Shown here in pieces: positions 1-11,678 of a DNA stretch of 64,000 nt. Under the pieces are notes generated by a model, which was not told the origin of the DNA, searched no databases, and was given only the letters and a program-made list of their open reading frames with translations. Source of the DNA: Octopus sinensis (Eukaryota). A program made the position numbers and the translations under genes. Position 1 is the stretch's first letter. Every line of letters starts with the position of its first letter. The DNA lies in assembly GCF_006345805.1 (NCBI RefSeq), contig NC_042997.1, positions 211,048,001 to 211,112,000 on the forward strand. The letters run 5' to 3'.

Positions 1-1168
1 TGGGCTTACAAAGAATGAGTCCTGGGGTCGATTTGCTCGACTTAAGGCTGTGCTCCAGCATGGCTGCAGTCAAATGACTGAAACAAGTAAAAGAGTAAAG
101 AGTACATATATATATATATTTATATATATCATCATCATTATCATCATCATCGTCGTTTAGCATGGAAAACGGACGCTAAACGACGATGATGATGATGATA
201 TATATAAATGCATGCATATATATAAGTGTGTGTGTCTGTGCATATGCATACATATAACATACACGCCAATGTAAAGGGTGGGTGTATGAGTGTGGTTATT
301 TGATCACCACTTTAACGGTCCATGGGGCCTCTTTAGAAATGTCTCTCACAGATAAACGAGTTAGTTTCATTAGTTTTATTTGCGGTATTTTATATATTTT
401 GGTTGAAATCTTCAGAGGAAATTGGAACTTTTGGATGTCTTTCATGTTTTGTGCAGTGAAAAGAATTTATTTCCATGAGAGCTGATAATATGTTTAGTAT
501 TTGTTAGATTGCAATGTGGAGTTTATTGGTGGTGCCGGCAGATGTTGGGTAAGGCTTGGGGATGGAGTCAATCTTTGAGTTTTGTTGGCTGAAGGGTAGT
601 GGTGGAGAGAGAGAGGGAATACATAAGGAAAGGAGTCCCTTAGGGTTTGAAGTTTTTATGTAGGAAACGAAATGATTCTGACAGTATAACGGGCAGCACC
701 AATAGACAGAGAGATTGATGAGTAGAGCGGAGGATATTGTAAGAGGACGCCATGTGAAAATATTACTTTGTTTGTCAACTGGGGGGGGGGGGTGATGACA
801 AGGATATCCAGCTGTAGAAATTGTCCTAATTGAATTTTGTCTGACCCATGCCAGCACGAAAAATGATGGTGATATGCAGAGTAGCTTTTTCTTTAATAAT
901 AGTTGGTGTTTTTCCTTAGCAAAGGCAGAGGTATTGTTTTTAATCGTGTTTGTTTGCTCGTCCCTGGACAAGAATTCAGATGAAACTTTCAGGAATGTTT
1001 GGCCTTGTGACTGGCAGGAACTGATTAGATTTTGGGATCAATCGGGTACCAAACAAGGATTCTGGGTTATTTTTCTAGTTTTTCTACTCAATTTTTGAGA
1101 GTGGTCAGGTTCGTTTTTAGTATTCTCATTTGTGAGAGTAATCGAGTTTATTTCAGATATTCTCATTT

Positions 1169-1750
1169 TAATAATAATAATAATAATAATAAACATTGTG
1201 TACAGTGCTCAGGTGCACTACAACTCATCTAAAGTGTATATATAATCAGGTGTAGTTTCGACGGATTTCGGAAAGCATGAGGGCCTTAAAGGATGCAGTG
1301 TCATGGCAGTCAACAACTGACGCAGGCAGTTTATTCCATGCTTCAGCAACTCTGAGCGTGAAAAAATGTTTCCGAAAGTCATGGGAGCTGTGTTGTTTTC
1401 TGACCTTGTAGGCATGTCCACGTGTGTTAGACACATGGAGATCAAAAAGGTGTTCAGTGTTAAAACTCATCTCTGGCTAATCATTAAGAAGATGTTGGTG
1501 TTGCCTTGGCAGGGGTTTGTGCTCTCTGAGTGCTCTTGTTCCTATTTATTTTTTGCCCCCTCATTTCATCTGCAGTGTGTCCTAAGAATGTGAATTTCAA
1601 CCTCCAAATTAGCTTTATTTGTCGCTGAAAATAAACTTACTGCCATTAGAGGAGAAGAATTTGAAGAGAACATTCTGGAATTAGGGGTAAACAAGGAATT
1701 ACTGTCAGAGTAATTACAAGATTTCTTGGAATCTATTCTAAATGGCATCA
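1169..1750 (-). mobile_element. CR1-clade LINE, 5'-truncated 3' fragment
   Basis: Minus ORF 1246-1470 reads SNTRGHAYKV...RKHFFTLRVAEAWNKLP, the typical CR1 ORF2 C-terminus. It is followed by an (ATT)n tail, read as (AAT)n at 1169-1191. Confidence 0.85.
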
Positions 1751-2665
1751 GTCATAGGGTGGGGGTTATTAGTAATTTAAGATGGAAATTGTGTAGGTTA
1801 CTGGTGTCCGTGGCCATTTTCGGTCACCCAGCACTGGTGTTGTTGACGTTCCATTGGAATATCTAGAGAAGATAATTGTTAAAAGTATGTAGAAGTTACA
1901 AGAATGTGGCAGTCGTAGCAGTTCCAAAGGAGGAATTTGAAATTCTGCTACTAATTCTTTTGACTTGCTTCAAAATAAATATATCTCTGATTCTATTCTT
2001 GTTACACATAAGTATTTCTGTAAGCATCAATATATTTATGGTTTGTAGATTTTGTTAACTTATTAAATAAAAAAATGTAACATTGAAAAATGTGAAAGTA
2101 ACCCCAAAATAGATTTCTGACTCTCCAGACAGTTTCTTGTTGGCTGGGAATTTAGTTAACTACTTTATCTTCACATCATAGACTAATTCCTTACAGAGAC
2201 CCCTTCTCCACGTTAAACCAAAGCCAGGCTGTCTTTATATAAACTCACTTCTATCTAATATTTGCATAAAACTTCATTTTATCTTGAGTCATGCTTGAAT
2301 AAGTAGTTCAGTTGGTCAACTATTAAACAACAACAACAACAACACTGATACAAAACCAGTTTTACGACTTTTCTTTCTCAGTTGGTCCCCCCCTCCTATT
2401 TAGTCATTTCTTCTCTTAGTTACTTACTAGCAACACTACTGTCTCACACTGAACCACTGGATTGTATTGCAGCTTATTAACAATTAGACTTTAACCTATT
2501 TCCTATGGTTTCCCCTCAACAGGTCACAGCAATGTTTTGACCTAGAATTTGGGATGCAAGAAGGATTTTGAAATGCTCAAACCTGGGTCCTAACTCTACA
2601 AGCCAACTTTTATTTTCCATAATTTGCTAAAAAACAATACTTGTGTGTGTGTGCACGCGCGCGCT

Positions 2666-2701
<36 letters not shown>

Positions 2702-2787
2702 ATCCAAACAAGAAAACACAAAAAAACACAGCAGCGCGAGGACGTGGAACAAATAAAGTATTATTGGACGCTCAGGGAAGAAGGAGG

Positions 2788-2822
2788 GTTTAACGTTTCG
2801 AGCGGAGCTCTTCGTCTGAAAC
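2788..2822 (-). ncRNA. Minimal type-I hammerhead-ribozyme-like motif (copy A) in a ~160-bp repeat at 2698-2860
   Basis: Minus strand: GTTT-CAGACGA-A-GAGC-TCC-GCTC-GAAAC-GTT-AAAC. Stem I is GTTT/AAAC, stem II is GAGC/GCTC, stem III is the palindromic ACGT. The core has U4->A. Confidence 0.55.
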
Positions 2823-2924
2823 ATAGGAGAAGGAAAGATACAGAGAAGGGAAGACAGAGATATATATATATATATATGTATATTTTTTTTTCTCCTTTTT
2901 TTCTCTCCTTGTTTTTTCTGTGTC

Positions 2925-2962
2925 CCTTCCTGTAGAAGAGCGTAGGCTCGAAACGTAAAAGA
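2925..2962 (+). ncRNA. Hammerhead-like motif (copy B) in a ~170-bp repeat at 2883-3052
   Basis: CCTTC-CTGTAGA-A-GAGC-GTAG-GCTC-GAAAC-GTA-AAAGA. Stem I is partly broken and the core has A6->U. Confidence 0.5.
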
Positions 2963-3138
2963 CTTTTTCTATTCCTGAGCATTATACTAATACATCTGTT
3001 TGTTTTGTACACCAACTGTCTTCGTCTTTTGTTTTTTTTCATAAACTCTTCCTATATATGCATATATATATATATATATATACACATTATATATATATAT
3101 ATATATATTTATTGTTGTGTAACTAAATATATATACAT

Positions 3139-3515
3139 GGCTGTGTGGTGAGAGGTTTGCTTCTTGATCACATGGTTCTGGGTTCAGTCCCACTGTGTGG
3201 TGCCTTGGGCGAGTGTCTTCTACTATAGCCTTGGGCCAACAAAAACTTTGTAAGTGGATTTGGTTTACTGAAACTGAAAGAATCCTGTTGTGTGTGTGTG
3301 TGTGTGTGTATTTGTCCTCTCTCCCACCACCACCACTAAACAATTGGTGTTGGTGTGTTTACGTCTCTGTAACTTAGTGATTCAGCAAAAGAGACTGATA
3401 GAATAAGTACTAGACTTTAAAAAAAAATGTCCTGGAGTCAATTTGTTCAACTAAAACCCTGCATGGCAGTGCCCCAGCATGGCAGTGCCCCAGCATGGCT
3501 GTAGTCTAATGACTT
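3139..3515 (+). mobile_element. tRNA-derived SINE (family A)
   Basis: GGCTGTGTGG head, B box GGTTCAGTCCC, CCTTGGGCGAGTGTC core and (TG)n spacer; body shared with the copies at 1-100, 10825 and 23465. Confidence 0.8.
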
Positions 3516-4651
3516 GGAATGTTGGGCCTCACAGAAGCAAAGTGGCTGAGTTGTTTTTGAAGTGTTTGGCCTCATGGAGGTGAGGTGACAGAGTCCCTTT
3601 CAAGCATGCTTCATGGAGGCATGGTACTGAGTTCCTATTAAGTGTTGGGTCTCACGGAGGCAATGACCAAGACCTTTGGCATTATGTCATGCTTGAGAAG
3701 AAGACTCACCGAACCATGCAAAATTGCCTTCATGGCAGATACAAATGGCACCCATGCTGGTGACACGTAAAAGCACCCAATTACACTCTTGGAATGGTTG
3801 GCATTAGGAAGGGCATCCAGCTGTAAAAAAAACCATGCGAAATCAGACTGGAGCCCAGGACAGCCTTCCAGCATGCTAGTATGGACAATGGATGTTAAAT
3901 GATGATAATGATGATGATGATACACACACACACACACACACACACACAAGTGCCTGGACAGATGAAAGTAGCACTCAAAATGTATTTAGCTGCAGTTATA
4001 AGTATCTAATAACAGGTTGACTCAGCTCTATATTTTTTACAGTTTTGTGAACACCTGACACATTCGTATCCTCAGATGGACGGGGCCCGTTAAGTATCCT
4101 TTATATATTCTGCCAGCAGAAGTGCTGGTATGCCAGACAAAATGCTTCACACCATTTCATCTGTCTTTATGTTGTCAGTTCAAATTCTGTCAAGGTCAGC
4201 TTTGCCTTTTGTTCTTTTGGGACCCATAAAATGAAGTACCAACTACATACTGTAGCGGATGCTATCCCTGCTCCCCCCCCAACCTCCAAGTAGTATAGAA
4301 AGGGTTATTTAGGTAGCGGCAGGGCTGTATGGTGAAAAGTTTGCCTCCCAATCACATGGCCCTGGGTTCAGTCCCACTGCATGGAACCTTCACCTATAAG
4401 CCTTGGACTGGTCAAAACCTTGCGAGTGGATTTGGTAGAGGGAAACTGAAAGAAGCCTATTGTGTATGAATGCTTGAAATGAGGAAAGGTCCTTTCTCTC
4501 TGTTTACTTGTCCTGTTTTCTATTTTTTGTCGTTGTTTACATATTTAACTTGTTTGTTTACATGTTTCATGTTATTTGTACCATTGGTGACGTCCTGTAC
4601 CCATATATGCATGAATATATATATGTATTATATATTATGATTTATTATGTA

Positions 4652-4682
<31 letters not shown>

Positions 4683-7054
4683 TGTCAGTGAACAGGTCAT
4701 GGTCTCAATGCGATGAAAATATTTTGGCAAATTAAATTTAAATGTTGAATTGAATCTAACGGTTTTTGTGTGTTTCTTAAATGGCTTATAAACACCTTCC
4801 ATGCTGAAATTGTATATATAAGCACCAACTGATCATGGCCGTTGCCAGCCTCCTCTGCTCCTGTGCCGGTGACATGTAAAAAGCACCCACTACACTCTCG
4901 GAGTGGTTGGCATTAGAAAGGGCATCCAGCTGTAGAAACATTACCAGATCAGATGGGAGCCTGGTGCAGCCTCCTGGCTTGCCATTCTCCAGTCAAACCG
5001 TCCAACCCGTGCTAGCATGGAAAACGGACGTTAAACAATAATGATGATATATATAAATAAGTTAAGTAAAATTGCTGTCTTCCACACTTACAGGCTTGTA
5101 CTTTCAGATGCTGGTGCCACATAAAAAGCACCTAGCACACTCTGTAAAGTGGTTGGCATGTTAGGAAGGGCATCCAGCTGTAGAAACCATGCCACAACAG
5201 ACAAGTGGAGACTGGATAGCTCACAGCTAGCCAGCTCCATCTCAAGCTGTCCAACTCATGCCAGCATAGAAAGTGGACATTAAATGATGAAGACAATGAT
5301 ATGTGTGTGTGTGTGTGTGTGTGTTTATTTATGTCCCTGTAATGTAGCAGCTTGGCAAAAGAGACTGATAGAAAAAGTATCAGGCTTTAGGATAATAAGT
5401 CCTAGGGTCAATTTGAACATAGTGCCCCAGCATGGCCACAGTCTGAGTGTCGACCTGACTGGCTTCTGTGTCTGTGGCACGTAAAAAGCACCAACCAATC
5501 GTGGCCGCTCCCAGCCTCTCCTGGCACGTAAAAAGCACCCACAACACTCTCGGAGTGGTTGGAGTTAGGAAGGGCATCCACCTGTAGAAACACTGCCAGA
5601 TCAGACAGGAGCCTGGTGCAGCCTCCTGGTTTCACAGACCCCGGTCAAACCATCCAACCCATGCTAGCATGGAAAACGGACGTTAAACAACGATGATGAT
5701 GATGATATATATACATAGTTGTGTATATATATATACACACACACTGGGAGAAGAATGTCATTCTTTGAGTATTTCTTACACACAACCTCTTTGTGTCCTT
5801 GTTACTCACTCGTCTACTTGTGTCACTCGTTATTCATTAATACTTATTACTCCCCCCTCCCCCCCTCCCGTTTGAGATTAAAATGGGCCAATGGTAGTAA
5901 GCTCTACTTCCTGTCCCAGCTGTCACCATCCCATCTCACACTCCACCATCATACTCTTACTCCCGTTGTCCCAAACATCCCAGGTCTCCATCATTATTAC
6001 TTAACCCCACCATGACCATCACCGTCGTCTCAGAACGGGGAACCCCCGTCCCCCCCATCCTTCCTGCTGCCGTCTTTCCTGCCTCTCACTCTGTAAAGAA
6101 GCTGGCCAGTGAGTGGACATGGAGTATAAAGTCTTTTTGGACACGTTTACCTTTCTAGTGTTTGCACCTGTCAAAAAAAAACATCCAGTGAAGTGGTTGG
6201 TATTAGGAGGCCACCCTGCCAGAGGGAGGCTTTCACACATGCGCTGGCTCTGGTCACCGCAACCTGGTCTCAACCAACCCATGACGGAATGGAAAGCGGA
6301 TGTAAAATCATGGCGTGTATGCATTTTTATCTGGGTGTGTGTATAGAGATGGGGAGAGAGGGAGAGAGAACGGTTGCCCAGTCATGGAACAGTTTCATAT
6401 TTTAGCACAAGGCCAGCAATTTCAAGGGAGGGGATAAGTCAGTCACATCAACCCCAGTGGTCAATTGGTACTTACGTTATTGACCCCGGAGAGATGAACG
6501 GTAAAGACAGCCAAACATGCTGCAAAGCATCTTGCCCCCACCTGGTAACCACTCTGCCAGCTCACCACCTCTCCTCTCTCTCCGGTCTTATATTACAAAA
6601 GTGAAGGTGTGTGTATTTGTGTGCGTGTGTGGGTGTATACATACAGGAATGTCATTTCCCACAATGTAGAAGTGTGTGTGTGTAAAGGAATGTCATTCCT
6701 CATTCATAAACAACGTTGAGGTGTGTACATTTGGAAAGGGGTCGCTTTATCAGTTATGTTTTTTCCTTTTGTTTTGATCTTAAATGTCTCTTTTATTTGA
6801 TACTGTTGTTTATCTTGTTAGTTGACAATGTCTTCTGTCTTAGCACTTGAGATGTCGTCTGTTGTCTTACAAAATACTTTTTATCATGAGCAAGCTTTCA
6901 GCCTTGACCAAACTTTCACTGAACAAATACAGAGGCATACTTCTAACTGAAGCTGTGATTATTGTACTTTATAGTTGTTATTCCAAAGCCTTCCAGCCAT
7001 GATCATCCCATCGCTTTGTTTTCAGGTTTTGTGTATCTGATGCAGCCTTAGTTC

Positions 7055-8109
7055 ATTATTTACATTTGACGGATATTTTTCCTCATCTTGTTTGTACTCT
7101 CCAGCCTTCATCAGGTGTCTTGGGGAAATTTCAAACCTGGGTTCCTAAGGTATTTTTCAATATTATTATTCAGGTCACTGAACTCGAAATCTTGGGGTTA
7201 GTAGCCTGTGCTCTTAACCACTACACTATATGCCCTTGGGAAATTATGGAGTGAATTTTAGGGCTTATAAATCTAATATTCTCCTATCCTTCCTTAATAC
7301 CGGTTCCCATGCGCTGCTCATATCTGCACTCGGTCTGCTTAGGAGGTTGTTGTGTCCTAGCATATGTGCTGCTTCTTTTAGTTTTCGTATTTTCCAGTGG
7401 TGTTCTCTGTCTATTATTTTAACTTCATCCCACAGGGGGAGGTGGTCTCCATTTTCCCATACATGATCAGCTATACCCGATTTATCAGTATCTCCTCGTG
7501 TCACAGCTTTGCGATGTTCCTCTACCCTTATTTTGAGGGTGCAGCATGTTTCGCCTTTGAATACCCTACCCCAGCTGCATGGGATGGAGTACATGCAGTC
7601 TTTGGTCACATTCTCTTCTATTGGTGGTTTTACTCGAAGGAGATATTTGCGAAGTGTTGTATTACTCTTGAATACTGTCCTGATGTCATATGGGCCACAA
7701 ATCTTTTGTATCTTTTCGGAGAGGCCTTTCACATAGGGTAGACAAACTGTGGACAGTTTATTGACCTCATCCTCTCTCTTCTTCATAATTGGAGTGGATA
7801 GTATACTTTTGGGGTTAGTTGTTGCTTAATGGATTGTTATTGAGCTTGATCATTTCTTCGTGGTGGGTATCACGATTGCTACTTATATTCTTTGCACAGT
7901 GTTTTAGACACTGAGCAATCCTTCTCTTTACACTGTATGGATGGTGGGAAGTGAAGTAACCTGAATAATAATAATAACATCGAAAAATACCTTAGGAATG
8001 AGAACCCAGGTTCAAAATTTCTCCTGATGAAGGCTGGAGGGTATATCAGCCGAAACGTTGTGTTAACAACAAACTAGATGAGGACAAATATCTGTCAAAT
8101 GTACATAAT
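7055..8109 (-). mobile_element. Penelope-like element fragment (RT thumb plus GIY-YIG endonuclease) bounded by inverted terminal repeats
   Basis: Minus ORF 7265-7786 reads LPYVKGLSEKIQKI...MYSIPCSWGRVFKGET...RVEEH...KLKEA. A degenerate HPYSVKRRIAQCL thumb lies upstream. 7055-7179 and 7955-8109 are mutual reverse complements, each with an internal deletion. Confidence 0.85.
8024..8064 (+). ncRNA. Hammerhead-like motif (copy E) with canonical core; stem I 5' strand deleted
   Basis: CTGATGA-A-GGCTG-GAGGGTATAT-CAGCC-GAAAC-GTT-GTGTT. The missing GACAC stem I strand is preserved in the inverted partner at 7101-7119. Confidence 0.65.
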
Positions 8110-9084
8110 TCTTCATCTCTTAAATATAGAACTGTAGCGTTTGGCATGGGTTGGACGGTCTGACCAGATGCAATGGGCAGTGTACCCTGTTTTCTATGGC
8201 TGGACGATCTTCTTAACTCCAACATGTGCTGGGTGCTTTTTTCATATTGCGAGGTCACCATTGCAGCTTGCAAGACCACAAACCTTAATTGGAAAGCGGA
8301 GTCTTTATGCTGGATGAATAAGGAGAGGAGGAGTAAAGTATGAAAGGACCAGAAGTGGTTTGTTGCTGTGGAGGGGAAAATGTGGGGGCAAGGAGCAGGA
8401 AAGTGATAAAAACCTTCAAAAGACCCAAGGTTGAAGCTGGGGTGCCAGGAGGAGTGCTTTGGTACTCAAAGCTGTTCAAAAAGTTAATTTTGCTCTTAAT
8501 TGATCCCCTTATTGTCTTGATTCTCTAACACACCTGTGAAAAAAGTAGGCCACTTAATCTGTCCCTCAGGTGTTACTTGGTGTGTTGGAATAGTTATTCC
8601 TTTCTGCCATTCATTACATTTGACATTTCTGAATGGTTTTTACATTGAATCATCCCCACGTTGCATATTACACAATTATTCCATCAGGAATTATTGCTAT
8701 TTTCTGATTAAAAACTAATGCTAATTACCTTTCTCGTCTCATTATGTCTACTAACGTAAGACAAATAACAAGTTTCTTTAACAACATCTCACCTCCATTC
8801 ATTGTTTGACCAACAGACACAGATACATTTGCCTGATTCACTGAGGTGCTAGAAAGACTATTGGACACTACCCCTCTGCCTGGTCACTTATCATGTAAAA
8901 CAAACAAACAAAAAAGACCTTGCTAGGTATTTGCTTTTCTCGTCAAATGTTTTTCATGTAAAAATCCAAACCGGTTGTAAATATTAATCATCTGTACCAT
9001 CCTTGCAGTATATCGCTTGTCCTTGTTGTGTTACCAAGTAATTTAGGGAGACTTAACTTTTGCATCAATAAACCACTCCATCAT

Positions 9085-9445
9085 TATCGTTTACCGTCCG
9101 TTTTTCATGCTGGCATGGGTTGGACGGTTTGACTGGGGTCTGGGAAGCCAGGAGGCTGCACCAGGCTCCAGTCTGATCTGCCCTTCCTAACGCCAACCAC
9201 TCCAAGAGTCTAGCAGGTACTTTTTATGTGCCATTGGCACAGGGGCCAGAAGGGGCTGGCATCAACCATGTTTGGATGGTGCTTTTACATGCCACCAGCA
9301 TGGGACTCAGCCACATTCAGATGGTGGTTTTTACGTGCCACCAACACAGGAGCCAGTCAGGGCAAGGGGGCAGGCATCGACCACGTTTGAATGGTGCTTT
9401 TTACGTTCCACTGTCACGGGGAGCCAGACAGGCAGCGCTGGCATG
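9085..9445 (-). mobile_element. RTE LINE 3' UTR fragment with internal tandem units
   Basis: Reverse complement of the 3' UTR at 55500-56040 (GCATCCAGCTGTAGAAAC...CCAACCCATGCYAGCATGGAAAA-type tail) with GTGCCANTGGCAC units. Confidence 0.75.
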
Positions 9446-10824
9446 AGCCAATAAAATTACATTCTGAAATGATGGCTGGGGTCAAACTGCCCAACTCATG
9501 CTACAGTAGAAGATGGGTGATTATTATAACCGATCACGCATCACAGAGCATATTACTTATTAAGATACATGTATGGTCATCAGTTTGATGGTAATGATAA
9601 GCATATGGTATGTGTTGGGAGGGGTGTCCTGCTGTAGCCATGAAATTTACTGCTTCAGGCAAAATTTCAAAACCTTCTCTACAATCAAGTGCAATGAAGA
9701 GCTGAAGTGAACAATAAAGGGCCAAAGAGAACGTTAAAGGGCCAAAGGGAACATGGCACTTTATTAATTTTAATACAACAGCTTCAAGTTTTAAGTACCA
9801 GGCTCCAGTCTGATCTGGCAGGGTTTCTACAGCTGGATGCCCTTCCTAATGCCAACCACTCAGAGAGTGTCGTGGGTACTTTTTATGTGCCACTGGCACA
9901 AGAGCCAGTCAGGCAGCACTGGCATCGATCATGTTTGGATATGTCTGAATAAAAGGTATGAATGTCATGGATGGAACTGCTCTGATCATTGTATCTGCTG
10001 GATCAAGGTTCAGATCTGTTAATTGCTCCTAACAAAATTAAATCCAAACACTTTCATTTGTGTAATTCTCGTTAACCCTGACAGAATTAATTATTGATTG
10101 AGATTGATTTACAAATTCTCCTGAAATCCAATCAATACTAAATATGGTAATCAATAATCCAGCCTTGAAACTTCAAAGTATTAATGAATGCTGAGAATCG
10201 TTAAAATTTTTGGAATTATTTCAGCTGTTTAAAATATATTTCTTTGCTATTTAAAACAATTTCACAATAAAATAAAATTCAATTCACTTGTGTAAACACT
10301 TTTGATTTCAGTCTTCTCATAGAATAACCATAAATCAGTTTAAACAGGAAAAAGAGAATTTTATTCTCAGCCAATAGTTTTTTGTTTGTTTGTTTTTTCT
10401 ACATTTAAGAAATTTTTTCCCTTAATTCTTGTATTTGCTTAAAAAATAAAATTGTTGACACAGCCACATAATTGAAAATTGAGTTTAAATAATTGAACCC
10501 TTTTCATAGCAACCGACCTGAGACTGTCCCTGGTTCCAGATACAAATTCCCTCTTTCAAAGTTATCCAAGTCAAAATTGTCCATCAAAATCTCACGTTAA
10601 TTTTAATAAAGTTATTTTGTTTTACTAAATTTCTCATTATTATCACAATTATTTGACTTCAATGCATTTCAATAGAAATATGGTAAAAAATGTGGGGCGG
10701 GGGTTAAAGTGATCCAAATTAAAAGCTGCCCTCAAAATTCCATGTTAATTTCTGTTCCAAATCACCAGTTTAATAATGACCAAGTTATTTTACTAAATTT
10801 GTCATTATTTGAAATAAAAGCATT

Positions 10825-11220
10825 GGCTGTGTGGTAAGTAGCTTGCTAACCAACCACATGGTTCCAGGTTCAGTCCCACTGCATGGCATCTTGAGCAAGT
10901 GTCTTCTGCTATAACCCCAGGCCGACTAATGCCTTGTGAGTGGATTTGGTAGACGGAAACTGAAAGAAGCCTGTCGTATATATGTATATATATGTATTTG
11001 TGTGTATGTTTGTGTGTGTGTGTTTGTCCCCCTAGCATTGCTTGACAACCGATGCTAGTGTGTTTACGTCCCCGTCACTTAGCGGTTCGGTAAAAGAGAC
11101 CGATAGAATAAGTACTGGGCTTACAAAGAATAAGTCCCGGGGTCGATTTGCTCGACTAAAGGCGGTGCTCCAGCATGGCCGCAGTCAAATGACTGAAACA
11201 AGTAAAAGAGTAAAAGAGAG
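10825..11220 (+). mobile_element. tRNA-derived SINE (family A), near-complete copy
   Basis: A-box-like TGGCTGTGTGG, B box GGTTCAGTCCC at 10867-10877, microsatellite spacer, and a 3' end in AGTAAAAGAG repeats. Confidence 0.85.
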
Positions 11221-11465
11221 TATGTGAACAAAAATACTTGATAAGCAACAAACGAGTTAACTCGTTAGCATTTAAATTACACTATCAAATGTAATGCTTA
11301 TTAATTCCCATTGCTTTGAATTAATCCTGCATTATCTGTTGCAGCTTTGAACTTTCAGTGACGTGATTGTTTGTTTTTAGGTGTATGAGGCCAGACTTGT
11401 GACGATTTGAACTCAAAACAGCTGGAATATCTGTGCCTGATGTGGCTGGTTTCAATGCTGAAGGC

Positions 11466-11678
11466 TTAACCTTTTAGCATTCAAACCGGCCATATCCGGC
11501 CTAAATATTTTAGCTCTTTTATGTTCAAAACCAGTCAGATCCAGTCTCTTACACCTATCCTTCAATATCATTCCCAGCGTAAAGAGTCACATCACAGAAA
11601 TTTCAAAGCTATGAGAGAATGCACGGCGAATAAATAAGCGTCACATTTGGTAGAATAGTCTGAATACCAAAGGGTTAA
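11466..11678. mobile_element. piggyBac-type MITE
   Basis: TTAA-CCTTTT...AAAGGG-TTAA termini (TTAA TSD and CC/GG ends); body homologous to 24107-24331. Confidence 0.7.

Noticed and set aside
10825-10900. tRNA gene
   Set aside because: A/B boxes only; it is the head of a multi-copy SINE with no full cloverleaf.
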